Shown piece by piece: positions 1 through 7,352 of a stretch of 20,769 bases of DNA (the first letter of the stretch is position 1; every line of letters begins with the position of its first letter). A program made the translations under genes and the position numbers. The notes beneath the pieces are model-generated. The model was not told where the DNA came from and did no database searches. It was given only the letters and a program-made list of their open reading frames with translations. Source of the DNA: Candidatus Peribacteria bacterium. Lineage in GTDB: Bacteria > Patescibacteriota > Gracilibacteria > Peribacterales > Peribacteraceae. Location of the stretch: contig JBEPVF010000019.1 in NCBI GenBank assembly GCA_041691135.1, forward strand, positions 1-20,769. Direction: 5' to 3'.

Positions 1-35
1 AGTGTCCAACCAAAACGGCCGCTCCGCTAGTAATT

Positions 36-55
36 AGATCGTGAACAGGCTCTAA
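36..55. mobile_element. Possible IS5-like terminal inverted repeat (element would lie left of the window)
   Basis: The reverse complement reads TTA-GAGCCTGTTCACGATCT, which resembles from memory IS5-family ends with a TAA/TA target. No transposase or second end is visible. Confidence 0.25.
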
Positions 56-96
56 AAGCGCCATCCGACTGCAGCTCGTCAACCCCAATCAACCTA

Positions 97-157
97 CGTC
101 ATCTCGACCGGAGACTCGCAGCTTTATCGCGTGGCGGAGTGGAGAGATCCCTGTATT
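97..157. repeat. CGTC-tagged REP-like palindromic repeat
   Basis: CGTCATCTCGACCGGAG...CGGAGTGGAGAGATCCCTGTATT; ATCTC..CC and GG..GAGAT can pair. It resembles dispersed CGTC-type REP families. Single copy in the window. Confidence 0.55.
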
Positions 158-192
158 GCATTTGCATTTTGCCTTGCCTTTGCCTTGGCCCT
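156..192. repeat. Degenerate TTGCMT hexamer tandem repeat
   Basis: ttgcat ttgcat t ttgcct tgcctt tgcctt ggccct, directly after the REP-like element. Confidence 0.6.
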
Positions 193-384
193 CTCTCAGG
201 ATGCCCACAAAAGGGGCTTTAGCCCGTGGGGTATGCCGTTTTCAAATCTCTCATCACTCGTCCAGAGTGCCCCACCTAAAAAAAATCCCTCAAAAACCTT
301 AGCAAAAAGCCTTGTCAAGCCCTAAACCCACATAAATCAAACAAAACAAAAGACATAGACATTGCAGATTAGTTTCTCTCCAAT

Positions 385-393
385 TGCTAAACT
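385..393 (+). promoter_or_regulatory. Possible extended -10 promoter (TGcTAAACT)
   Basis: TGn+TAAACT match in an AT-rich region. No credible coding gene lies downstream on this strand. Confidence 0.3.
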
Positions 394-439
394 AGAAGCA
401 GTGAATAAAACTAAAAAGCCCAGCGACAATCGTTGGACC

Positions 440-534
440 TAACTCATTGATAAGTAATGCTTTGCCTGTAAAATATCTATAATCAAGACTTTGCAAATAA
501 AGCATTTGCAATGAAGACTTTGCACGTAAAGTCC
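440..534. repeat. Phased array of about three degenerate 29-bp units
   Basis: Units begin TAA at 440, 469, 498 and 527. The motif AA(TG/GA)CTTTGC recurs at 456, 485 and 514, an exact 29-bp period. Confidence 0.65.
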
Positions 535-550
535 AGGGGGGAGGGGTACC

Positions 551-1954
551 TCAGCGCCAGGCGCCGCCACGCGGCTCACGCTTCAGATATCGCCCACGTC
601 CCGGCTTGCCCAGAAACTTTCCGCCCTCAACGATCAACTCGCCCGCCGAGAACACCTGTCGGGCATTACCCTTCACCCGATACCCCTCAAACATCGAGTA
701 ATCGCAGCGCATGTTGTGGGTCGCGGCGCTGATCGTAAGTTCGACCTTCGGGTCCCATATCACGATGTCCGCATCGCTGCCCGGCGCAATCGTCCCCTTC
801 TTCGGATACATCCCGAAGATGCGCGCCGGAGCTGTGGCCGTGATCTCGACAAACCGGTTCAGCGACAGCTTGCCCGAGTTGACACCATGATGATGTATCA
901 ACTGCATCCGGTGCTCGATCCCCGGTCCGCCGTTGGGAATCTTGGTAAAGTCGTCGATCCCCAGCACCTTCTGGTCGGCAAAACAGAAAGGGCAGTGGTC
1001 GGTCGAAACCACCTGCAGATGGTCATGCTTCAGGCCGTCCCATAGTTTGGCCTGATGTTTTTTCTCGCGCAGCGGGGGAGTGAAGACGTACTTCGCATCC
1101 TCGAAGGAGCCGGAACTCATATTGTCTTCAATGGAAAGCAGCAGATACTGCGGACAAGTCTCGGCAAACGCCGGAACCCCGCGATCGCGGGCCTCGCGAA
1201 CCTGGTTCAACGCGTCTTCCGAAGAGAGATGCACGATGTAAACCGGTGCTCCGGCGATCTCGGCCATGGCAATCGCCCGCTGCACCGCTTCGGCCTCGGC
1301 CAGCGTTGGCCGCGTAAGCGCATGGTAGATCGGCGCAGTCTTGCCCTCGGCCAGCGCCTGCTGCACCAGCACGTCGATCACGCTGCCGTTTTCAGCATGC
1401 ATGCAGACCAGCGCGCCATTCTTCGCCGTCTGCCGCAGCGCCTTGAAGATGGTCGCATCATCGGCCATCAGCACATTCGGATAAGCCATGAAAAGCTTGA
1501 AACTGGCCACGCCCTCGCGCACCATGCTGTCCATGTCGTCGAGACCAGCCTTGCCCTCATCGCTGCCAAGATCGGTGACGATCATGTGCAGGCCATAGTC
1601 GATGCAGGCCTTGCCCTCTGCCTTCTTCCACCACAGGTCGAGCGCGTCGCGCATCTTCGTCCCTTTGGCCTGGATGGCGAAGTCGACAATCGTAGTCGTT
1701 CCACCGATCGCCGCAGCGCGAGTGCCAGTCTCAAAATCGTCGCTCGACATGGTCCCGCCGAACGGCATGTCAAGATGCGTATGCGCATCGATGCCGCCGG
1801 GAAGCACCAGCATTCCCGCCGCATCGACAATGGTATGACCTGCCGCTGCAATCCCCGAGCGCACTTCTTTGATGACTTCGCCTTCTACCAACACATCGGC
1901 AGCAAAGGTTTTTTCAGCGGTGACAACCGTTCCATCCTGAATCAGCAAACCCAT
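551..1954 (-). CDS. hydA: Dihydropyrimidinase (D-hydantoinase), 467 aa
   Basis: Amidohydrolase motifs IDAHTH, FKLFMAY (carboxylated Lys), HAEN, VHLS and STDHCPF. Start reassigned to ATG at 1954 (MGLLIQDG), which overlaps the preA stop (TGATG) and follows GGAGAG. Confidence 0.93.
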   Translation of the reverse strand: MGLLIQDGTVVTAEKTFAADVLVEGEVIKEVRSGIAAAGHTIVDAAGMLVLPGGIDAHTHLDMPFGGTMSSDDFETGTRAAAIGGTTTIVDFAIQAKGTKMRDALDLWWKKAEGKACIDYGLHMIVTDLGSDEGKAGLDDMDSMVREGVASFKLFMAYPNVLMADDATIFKALRQTAKNGALVCMHAENGSVIDVLVQQALAEGKTAPIYHALTRPTLAEAEAVQRAIAMAEIAGAPVYIVHLSSEDALNQVREARDRGVPAFAETCPQYLLLSIEDNMSSGSFEDAKYVFTPPLREKKHQAKLWDGLKHDHLQVVSTDHCPFCFADQKVLGIDDFTKIPNGGPGIEHRMQLIHHHGVNSGKLSLNRFVEITATAPARIFGMYPKKGTIAPGSDADIVIWDPKVELTISAATHNMRCDYSMFEGYRVKGNARQVFSAGELIVEGGKFLGKPGRGRYLKREPRGGAWR

Positions 1955-3369
1955 CAGCAACTCTCTCCGGTGAGACACGCAGCAGTGCGTTCTTCCCACG
2001 TCTCCGCAGGCAGATGAGTCTTGACCTCGACCATCGTGATGCACGCGTCGACAGGGCAAACCAGCGAGCACAGATTGCAGCCGACGCACTCCGTCTCGTC
2101 CACACGAGGAATGCGAGCAAGAGGAGTTGCATAAGATTTACGAGCCAAGTTGCCATCGAGCTTCGGAATCGGAGTGACTGTAATGCTGCTTCGACTTGCC
2201 GCTTCCACTTCAGACGGCTTTGCATGCACCTCGATAGGACCATTGACTTGCCCGCTCACGCGGTCGACATGGATACACTGATGCGCTCCATCCCAACATG
2301 CTGTGTAGCAAAGCCCGCAGCCAATGCACTTCGCCTCATCGATGTGCGCGACGACCTTGTAGTTGAGGTTCAGGTCCTTCCATTCGGTCACCTTCGGCAG
2401 GCTGAGCCCGCGAAAGTCTTCGATGGAGTGAAAGCCCTTCTCGCACATCCAGTTCTCAAGGCCGTCGATCATGTCCTCGACGATGCGATATCCGTGGTGC
2501 ATGACCGCTGTACAGACCTGCACCGCTCCAGAACCGAGGAGAATGAACTCCGCAGCATCTTTCCACGTAGCGATGCCGCCGACTCCAGAGATAGGCAGCA
2601 TCGCCTCCGGATCGCTCATCACCTGCTGCACCATATTGAGCGCAATCGGCTTCACCGCTGGTCCGCTATAACCGCCATGCGAGGATCTGCCATCAACATT
2701 CGGCTGCGGCATCAACGTATCCAGATCGATGCTCGTGATGGAGTTGATGGTGTTGATGGCAGCGAGCGCATCGGCGCCCCCACGTTTCGCCGCTCGCGCC
2801 ACCTCGCGAATGTCGGTGATATTGGGTGTCAGCTTGACGATGACCGGAGTTCTGGCCTTCTCCTTCACCCAAGCCGTAATCATCTCTGCATATTCCGGCA
2901 CCTGGCCCACTGCCGAACCCATACCGCGCTCGCTCATGCCATGAGGACAACCGAAGTTCAACTCCAGTCCATCGGCGCCAGCATCCTCCGCCTGCTGCAC
3001 AACTACGTGCCACGCCTCGCGTGTTGACTCGACCATCAAAGAGGCGATGAGCGCTTGCTTCGGATAACGCTTCTTCACCTCTGCAAATTCCCGCAAATTC
3101 ACATCAAGCGGTCGGTCACTGATCAGCTCAATATTGCTGAAGCCCATCATGCGCTGGCCATTCCAGTTGATCGACGAATAGCGCGAAGAGGTATTTGTCA
3201 CCTGCGCGCCCATCGTCTTCCACACTGCGCCTCCCCATCCTGCATCGAAGGCCCGCATAATCTGCTCGCCGGTGTTGGTCGGCGGCGCGGAGGCCAGCCA
3301 GAATGGATTTGGCGACTCGATGCCAGCAAAGGTTACGGAGAGATGCGGTTTCACGCTGTACTTAGACAT
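1954..3369 (-). CDS. preA: NAD-dependent dihydropyrimidine dehydrogenase, FMN/Fe-S subunit
   Basis: NPFWLASAPPT, LNFGCPHG catalytic Cys loop, GGYSGPAVKP, and two C-terminal ferredoxin motifs (CIGCGLC, CVGCNLCSLVCP). Confidence 0.93.
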   Translation of the reverse strand: MSKYSVKPHLSVTFAGIESPNPFWLASAPPTNTGEQIMRAFDAGWGGAVWKTMGAQVTNTSSRYSSINWNGQRMMGFSNIELISDRPLDVNLREFAEVKKRYPKQALIASLMVESTREAWHVVVQQAEDAGADGLELNFGCPHGMSERGMGSAVGQVPEYAEMITAWVKEKARTPVIVKLTPNITDIREVARAAKRGGADALAAINTINSITSIDLDTLMPQPNVDGRSSHGGYSGPAVKPIALNMVQQVMSDPEAMLPISGVGGIATWKDAAEFILLGSGAVQVCTAVMHHGYRIVEDMIDGLENWMCEKGFHSIEDFRGLSLPKVTEWKDLNLNYKVVAHIDEAKCIGCGLCYTACWDGAHQCIHVDRVSGQVNGPIEVHAKPSEVEAASRSSITVTPIPKLDGNLARKSYATPLARIPRVDETECVGCNLCSLVCPVDACITMVEVKTHLPAETWEERTAACLTGESC

Positions 3370-4690
3370 ATGCCGCCTCTAGCAGACGAGCGATAGCAAC
3401 ACCAGCGCGCTTGCCGTCTGCCACTGCATCTACTACTTCGCGTCCACCATTGACACAATCGCCACCAGAAAAATATTTCGGATTCGTTGTCTGCCCGGTT
3501 GAGCGATCCACGACGACTCGCCCTCGTTCCAACTGCACGTCGCGGCATTGGGACAGGAGCTCAAGCATAGGTGACTGGCCAATCGCAGGAATCACCATGT
3601 TGCATTCCAGATAGAAGGTTGAACCTTCGACAGGTTTGAGTGAGCCATCGGATCCAATCTCCATGCACAAACATTCAACGGAGGTAATGCCAGCAACGGA
3701 GGAATGAATCGCCATCAGTTGCGTCAACCAAAGAAAGTGAATGCCTTCCTGCAATGCTTGTCGATATTCAAAGTCGAACGCAGAGATATGTTCTCTGTTG
3801 CGCCGGTAGAGAATCGAAACGTTCTTCGCTCCAAGCCGCTTCGCTGCGTTGGCCGCATCAATGGCGGTGTTGCCTGCGCCAACTATGACTACATCGCCCG
3901 CAATCTGAGAGGTCTTTCCCATCTTGTAGTCTTCGATGAATTGCAGAGCGTCGATAACGCCGGGATGAGATTCGCCCGGAATAGATAGCCGATGCATTGC
4001 GCCAAGGCCTACGCCGATGAAGATCATGGCGAACTCGGCTTCGAGTTGAGCGAGTGAGCTCTCGCCGGAAACTTCGACGCCAAACCGGAACTCTACGCCC
4101 AGCTCCTTGATCAGCTCAATCTCGCCAAGGCTATCTGTCAGTGGTAGCTTGTACTCCGCGATTCCATAGGTATTCAAACCGCCGGGTAGAGGACGCTTGT
4201 CAAAGATAGTTACTTGGAAACCTCGCTGCTGCAACTCTGTCGCTGCTGCTAATGATGCCGGGCCAGCGCCTATGCAGGCAATCTTTTCAGGCCGATTCTC
4301 GTCCGACTTTCGCGATAGCTTGCCGCCCTGTGCATGGAAGCTATCCATTGCAAATCGCTGGAGCCGCCCAATATCAATCGGCTGTTCGTTGAAGCCATGC
4401 ATCACGCAAGCACCCTCGCAGAGCACCTCTACAGGGCATACACGGGCGCAACTGGCTCCAAGAACATTTGCATCAAGAATGCCAAGCGCTGCGCCATGCA
4501 GGTTGCCGCTGGCAATCTTCTTAATAAACTTTGGCACATCGATATGGGTAGGACAGGCGCTGGTACAGGGAGCGTTGAAGCAATTCAGGCAGCGGTTCGA
4601 CTCAACCACTGCAGCCTGCGCCTCGAACGGCGGATGCAGGTCCCCAAACCTCTCTGCGATCTCTGGCTTCTGCTGGAGTAACTCCTGCAT
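3362..4690 (-). CDS. preT: Dihydropyrimidine dehydrogenase FAD/NAD(P) subunit (GltD-like)
   Basis: CLNCFNAPCTSACP and CARVCPVEVLC Fe-S motifs; GAGPAS and GAGNTAID Rossmann motifs; 8-bp overlap with preA. Confidence 0.9.
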   Translation of the reverse strand: MQELLQQKPEIAERFGDLHPPFEAQAAVVESNRCLNCFNAPCTSACPTHIDVPKFIKKIASGNLHGAALGILDANVLGASCARVCPVEVLCEGACVMHGFNEQPIDIGRLQRFAMDSFHAQGGKLSRKSDENRPEKIACIGAGPASLAAATELQQRGFQVTIFDKRPLPGGLNTYGIAEYKLPLTDSLGEIELIKELGVEFRFGVEVSGESSLAQLEAEFAMIFIGVGLGAMHRLSIPGESHPGVIDALQFIEDYKMGKTSQIAGDVVIVGAGNTAIDAANAAKRLGAKNVSILYRRNREHISAFDFEYRQALQEGIHFLWLTQLMAIHSSVAGITSVECLCMEIGSDGSLKPVEGSTFYLECNMVIPAIGQSPMLELLSQCRDVQLERGRVVVDRSTGQTTNPKYFSGGDCVNGGREVVDAVADGKRAGVAIARLLEAAYV

Positions 4691-4744
4691 CGATACTTAC
4701 CTCGGGATAAACAAAATCGTCGTCAAGAACAAGAGAGAAGGGAA

Positions 4745-5614
4745 CTACGGCTTAACTAGGTCGCCGTACATTTCTGGTCTGCGATCGCGGTAGAACTGCC
4801 ACGTCTTTCGTACTTCGGCAACCTGATCGAGATCGAGATCGGCGGTAAGCACCTCGTCTTTGTCACGCGAGGCCTCGGAAAATATCTGGCCGCGTGGATT
4901 GCAGAAGTAGCTCTGCCCGAAGAACTCGCCGATGTTCCATGGAGCTTCTGTGCCAACTCGGTTGATTGCGCCAACGAAGTATCCGTTCGCTGCCGCATGC
5001 GCCGGTTGCTCCAACTTCCACAGATATTCGCTCAGCCCCGCGACGGTCGCAGAGGGATTAAAAACAATGTCAGCGCCATTCAATCCCAGCGCACGTGCGC
5101 CTTCTGGAAAGTGGCGGTCGTAGCAGAGATAGACGCCAATCTTGCAGAAGCCCAGGTCGAAGACAGGGAATCCAAGATTGCCCGGACGAAAATAAAACTT
5201 CTCCCAGAAGCCAGGATCAAGATGCGGGAGATGCGACTTGCGGTACTTACCGAGATATTTTCCCTGGCTATCGATCACTGCAGCCGTGTTGTAGTACACG
5301 CCTGTGCCTTCCATCTCGTAAATCGGAACGATGATGGCGACCTGTAACTGCTTCGCCAGATCCTGCATGAGCTTTATGGTTGGGCCATTGGGCACAGCTT
5401 CCGCCATGTCATACCAGCGTGTGGACTGTTCCGCGCAGAAGTACGGTCCATAGAAGAGTTCCTGAAGGCAAACTATCTGTGAACCTTCAGCAGCGGCCTG
5501 CCCAATGAGGGGAATATGCTTGTCGATCATGGCCTGTTTAATCTCGGCCAACGATCTTCCTTCATGAGGAACGCTTGTAGTCTGAATCAGGGAACAACGA
5601 ACGATACGCGACAT
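4745..5614 (-). CDS. Nitrilase-family C-N hydrolase, probable beta-ureidopropionase (N-carbamoyl-beta-alanine amidohydrolase)
   Basis: Glu-Lys-Cys triad (LQELF, YRKSHLP, CYDRHFPE), plus FWEKFYFRPGNLG and FYRDRRPE. First gene of the pyrimidine operon. Confidence 0.88.
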   Translation of the reverse strand: MSRIVRCSLIQTTSVPHEGRSLAEIKQAMIDKHIPLIGQAAAEGSQIVCLQELFYGPYFCAEQSTRWYDMAEAVPNGPTIKLMQDLAKQLQVAIIVPIYEMEGTGVYYNTAAVIDSQGKYLGKYRKSHLPHLDPGFWEKFYFRPGNLGFPVFDLGFCKIGVYLCYDRHFPEGARALGLNGADIVFNPSATVAGLSEYLWKLEQPAHAAANGYFVGAINRVGTEAPWNIGEFFGQSYFCNPRGQIFSEASRDKDEVLTADLDLDQVAEVRKTWQFYRDRRPEMYGDLVKP

Positions 5615-5742
5615 TCTGGTAAATCCTTCCGTGGATTCCGCCTCCGACGAGAGTGCAGATCCGTAGCAAAATCACATTGCCAAGAGCCCTAGAGATATGT
5701 CGGGTCGCTCGCTCGAGTTCACCTGGTTCAGATCTCATGTTT

Positions 5743-5776
5743 GCATCTTGCGGTCCAAGTTGAATACGCAAGATGC
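5743..5776. promoter_or_regulatory. Inverted repeat upstream of the pyrimidine operon (candidate operator or leader hairpin)
   Basis: GCATCTTGCG-N14-CGCAAGATGC with perfect 10-bp arms. Confidence 0.45.
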
Positions 5777-5803
5777 TTACACAACCCATTTTACGCCATT
5801 CGC

Positions 5804-5838
5804 AAAAGAATAGCCGACTCCCCGGAGAGTCGGCTATT
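5804..5838 (-). terminator. Intrinsic terminator after the glnA-like gene
   Basis: 12-bp stem AATAGCCGACTC/GAGTCGGCTATT followed by CTTTT on the - strand. Confidence 0.75.
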
Positions 5839-5872
5839 GCGCAACCAAAAGAGGCAAAGGTTGCAGCTTCGG

Positions 5873-7303
5873 TTAGAACTGGCCCCAAAGAAGCTGGTTG
5901 TAGACATCGTGATGAAACTGCACCTCAGGCGCCTTTACAATTGTGCCCAGCAGGTGAGGGCAGCGGTCCGCGGATGCCTGCTTCAGGTCGGCATAGCGGG
6001 CCTTAACATCTTTACCCAATAACTCAGTCGTCCACTTGGAGTCGCGGAAGCCTTCGAGCGCGGTGTAGATGTTGTCCGGCAGGTAGCGCTCTGCCTGGCG
6101 CAGATTTTTGATCTTCGCCGTATCGCCGTGAAGCCCGCTCTTGAAGACCGAATACAGGACCATGTAGGGGTTCGCATCCGGGCCTACGGAACGCACCTCA
6201 ACGCGCGCGCTCTTTTCATTGCCGATGGGGATGCGCACCATGGAGCCGCGATCCGTCGCCGAAGCCTTGATCTGGTTGGGTGCCTCGAAGTGTGGATCGA
6301 GCCGGCGGTACGAGTTGACGCTCGCATTAAGGAGCAGGCAGATGTCATTGCCGTGCGTCAAAATTCGATCCACGAACTGCCATGCAAACTTCGATATCTT
6401 CTCCTCGCCCTTCGCATCCCAGAAGAGGTTCTTCTTGTTCTTCGTGATGGAGATGTTCGTGTGCATACCGCTGCCGTTAACGCCGACCACAGGCTTCGGC
6501 AGGAAACTCGCAGTCATGCCCATCTGCGTCGCAATTTGTCGACAGATCAGCTTGTAAAGTTGAATCTGATCGGCTGCTGCGACCACCTCTCCGTAGCTAT
6601 AGTTGATCTCAAACTGCGACGGCGCAACCTCGGGATGGTCCTTCTCGTTTTCAAAGCCCATCGCACGTTGCACTTCGGCTGCAGTGTCGATGAAGGTACG
6701 CAAAGGATCGCCGGGGAGCGAGTGATAGTAGCCGCCGGTATTCACATACTGGAAGTCGCCCGTGTCGTGGAAGCAACGCTCCGCGTCGGTTCCTTCAAAT
6801 AAAAAGCCTTCGATCTCGTTCGCCGCATTGAGCGTGTAGCCATGCTCTGCATGCAACTTATTTGAGAACTGCTTCAACAATCCGCGGATGTCGGCGCTGT
6901 AGGGAGCGCCGCCTTTGTCGATGACTTCGCCAAAGACGAGCACTTTGCCTGCGCCGAAGACATCGGACGGAGCCCAATAAAAGGCGCTCCAGTCAAGGGC
7001 CAAACGCAGGTCGCTCTCGCGCTGAGCGGTAAAGCCACGAATCGATGATCCATCGAAGGTCAAATTGTCCCAGCTTTTAAGCAGGAACTTTTTGTCGTAA
7101 TCCAGCATGTGAAGCCGACCCTCGAGGTCGCTGAACAGAACGGTTACGGCCTTGATGCCCGGAGTATCCGTCAGGTATTTGAGTCGAGCCTCCTGGATGA
7201 CATCAGCGGCTACACGGTTGCGTCGTTGCTCTTTGGCCTCAAGATTGAGCTCTTCCAATTCTGAATAGGAAAGCTCAAGAAAATTTCGCAATACAGTTGG
7301 CAT
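5873..7303 (-). CDS. glnA: Glutamine synthetase family protein (GSI-like), 476 aa
   Basis: FDGSSI, ANEIEGF, HPEVAPSQFE, FLPKP..NGSGMHTN, NSYRRL, EAP and RVEVRS..DANPY. Start reassigned to ATG at 7303, which has a GAAGGAG RBS. True GS versus gamma-glutamylating paralog is not resolved. Confidence 0.85.
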   Translation of the reverse strand: MPTVLRNFLELSYSELEELNLEAKEQRRNRVAADVIQEARLKYLTDTPGIKAVTVLFSDLEGRLHMLDYDKKFLLKSWDNLTFDGSSIRGFTAQRESDLRLALDWSAFYWAPSDVFGAGKVLVFGEVIDKGGAPYSADIRGLLKQFSNKLHAEHGYTLNAANEIEGFLFEGTDAERCFHDTGDFQYVNTGGYYHSLPGDPLRTFIDTAAEVQRAMGFENEKDHPEVAPSQFEINYSYGEVVAAADQIQLYKLICRQIATQMGMTASFLPKPVVGVNGSGMHTNISITKNKKNLFWDAKGEEKISKFAWQFVDRILTHGNDICLLLNASVNSYRRLDPHFEAPNQIKASATDRGSMVRIPIGNEKSARVEVRSVGPDANPYMVLYSVFKSGLHGDTAKIKNLRQAERYLPDNIYTALEGFRDSKWTTELLGKDVKARYADLKQASADRCPHLLGTIVKAPEVQFHHDVYNQLLWGQF

Positions 7304-7352
7304 AACGCTCCTTCGTTGTAAATAGGTATCGGTGAATAAGGTCAAAAATCGC

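Noticed and set aside
131-325. 64-aa ORF in the left intergenic region
   Set aside because: It is built from the REP-like, hexamer and A-rich repeats and has no recognisable domain.
440-534. CRISPR array or chromosomal dif site
   Set aside because: The units are degenerate and abutting, with no spacers and no cas genes, and they do not match the XerC/XerD dif consensus.
1055-3027. Long + strand ORFs (320 aa and 337 aa)
   Set aside because: Antisense shadows of hydA and preA, expected from codon bias.
5664-5683. Sigma54-like promoter TTGGCAATGTGATTTTGCT (- strand) upstream of the pyrimidine operon
   Set aside because: GG to GC spacing is 12 nt, not the required 10.
7304-7352. Glutamine riboswitch before glnA (GAAGGAGCG resembles its 3' end)
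   Set aside because: Only 49 bp are available, the rest of the motif is missing, and the match is simply the RBS.
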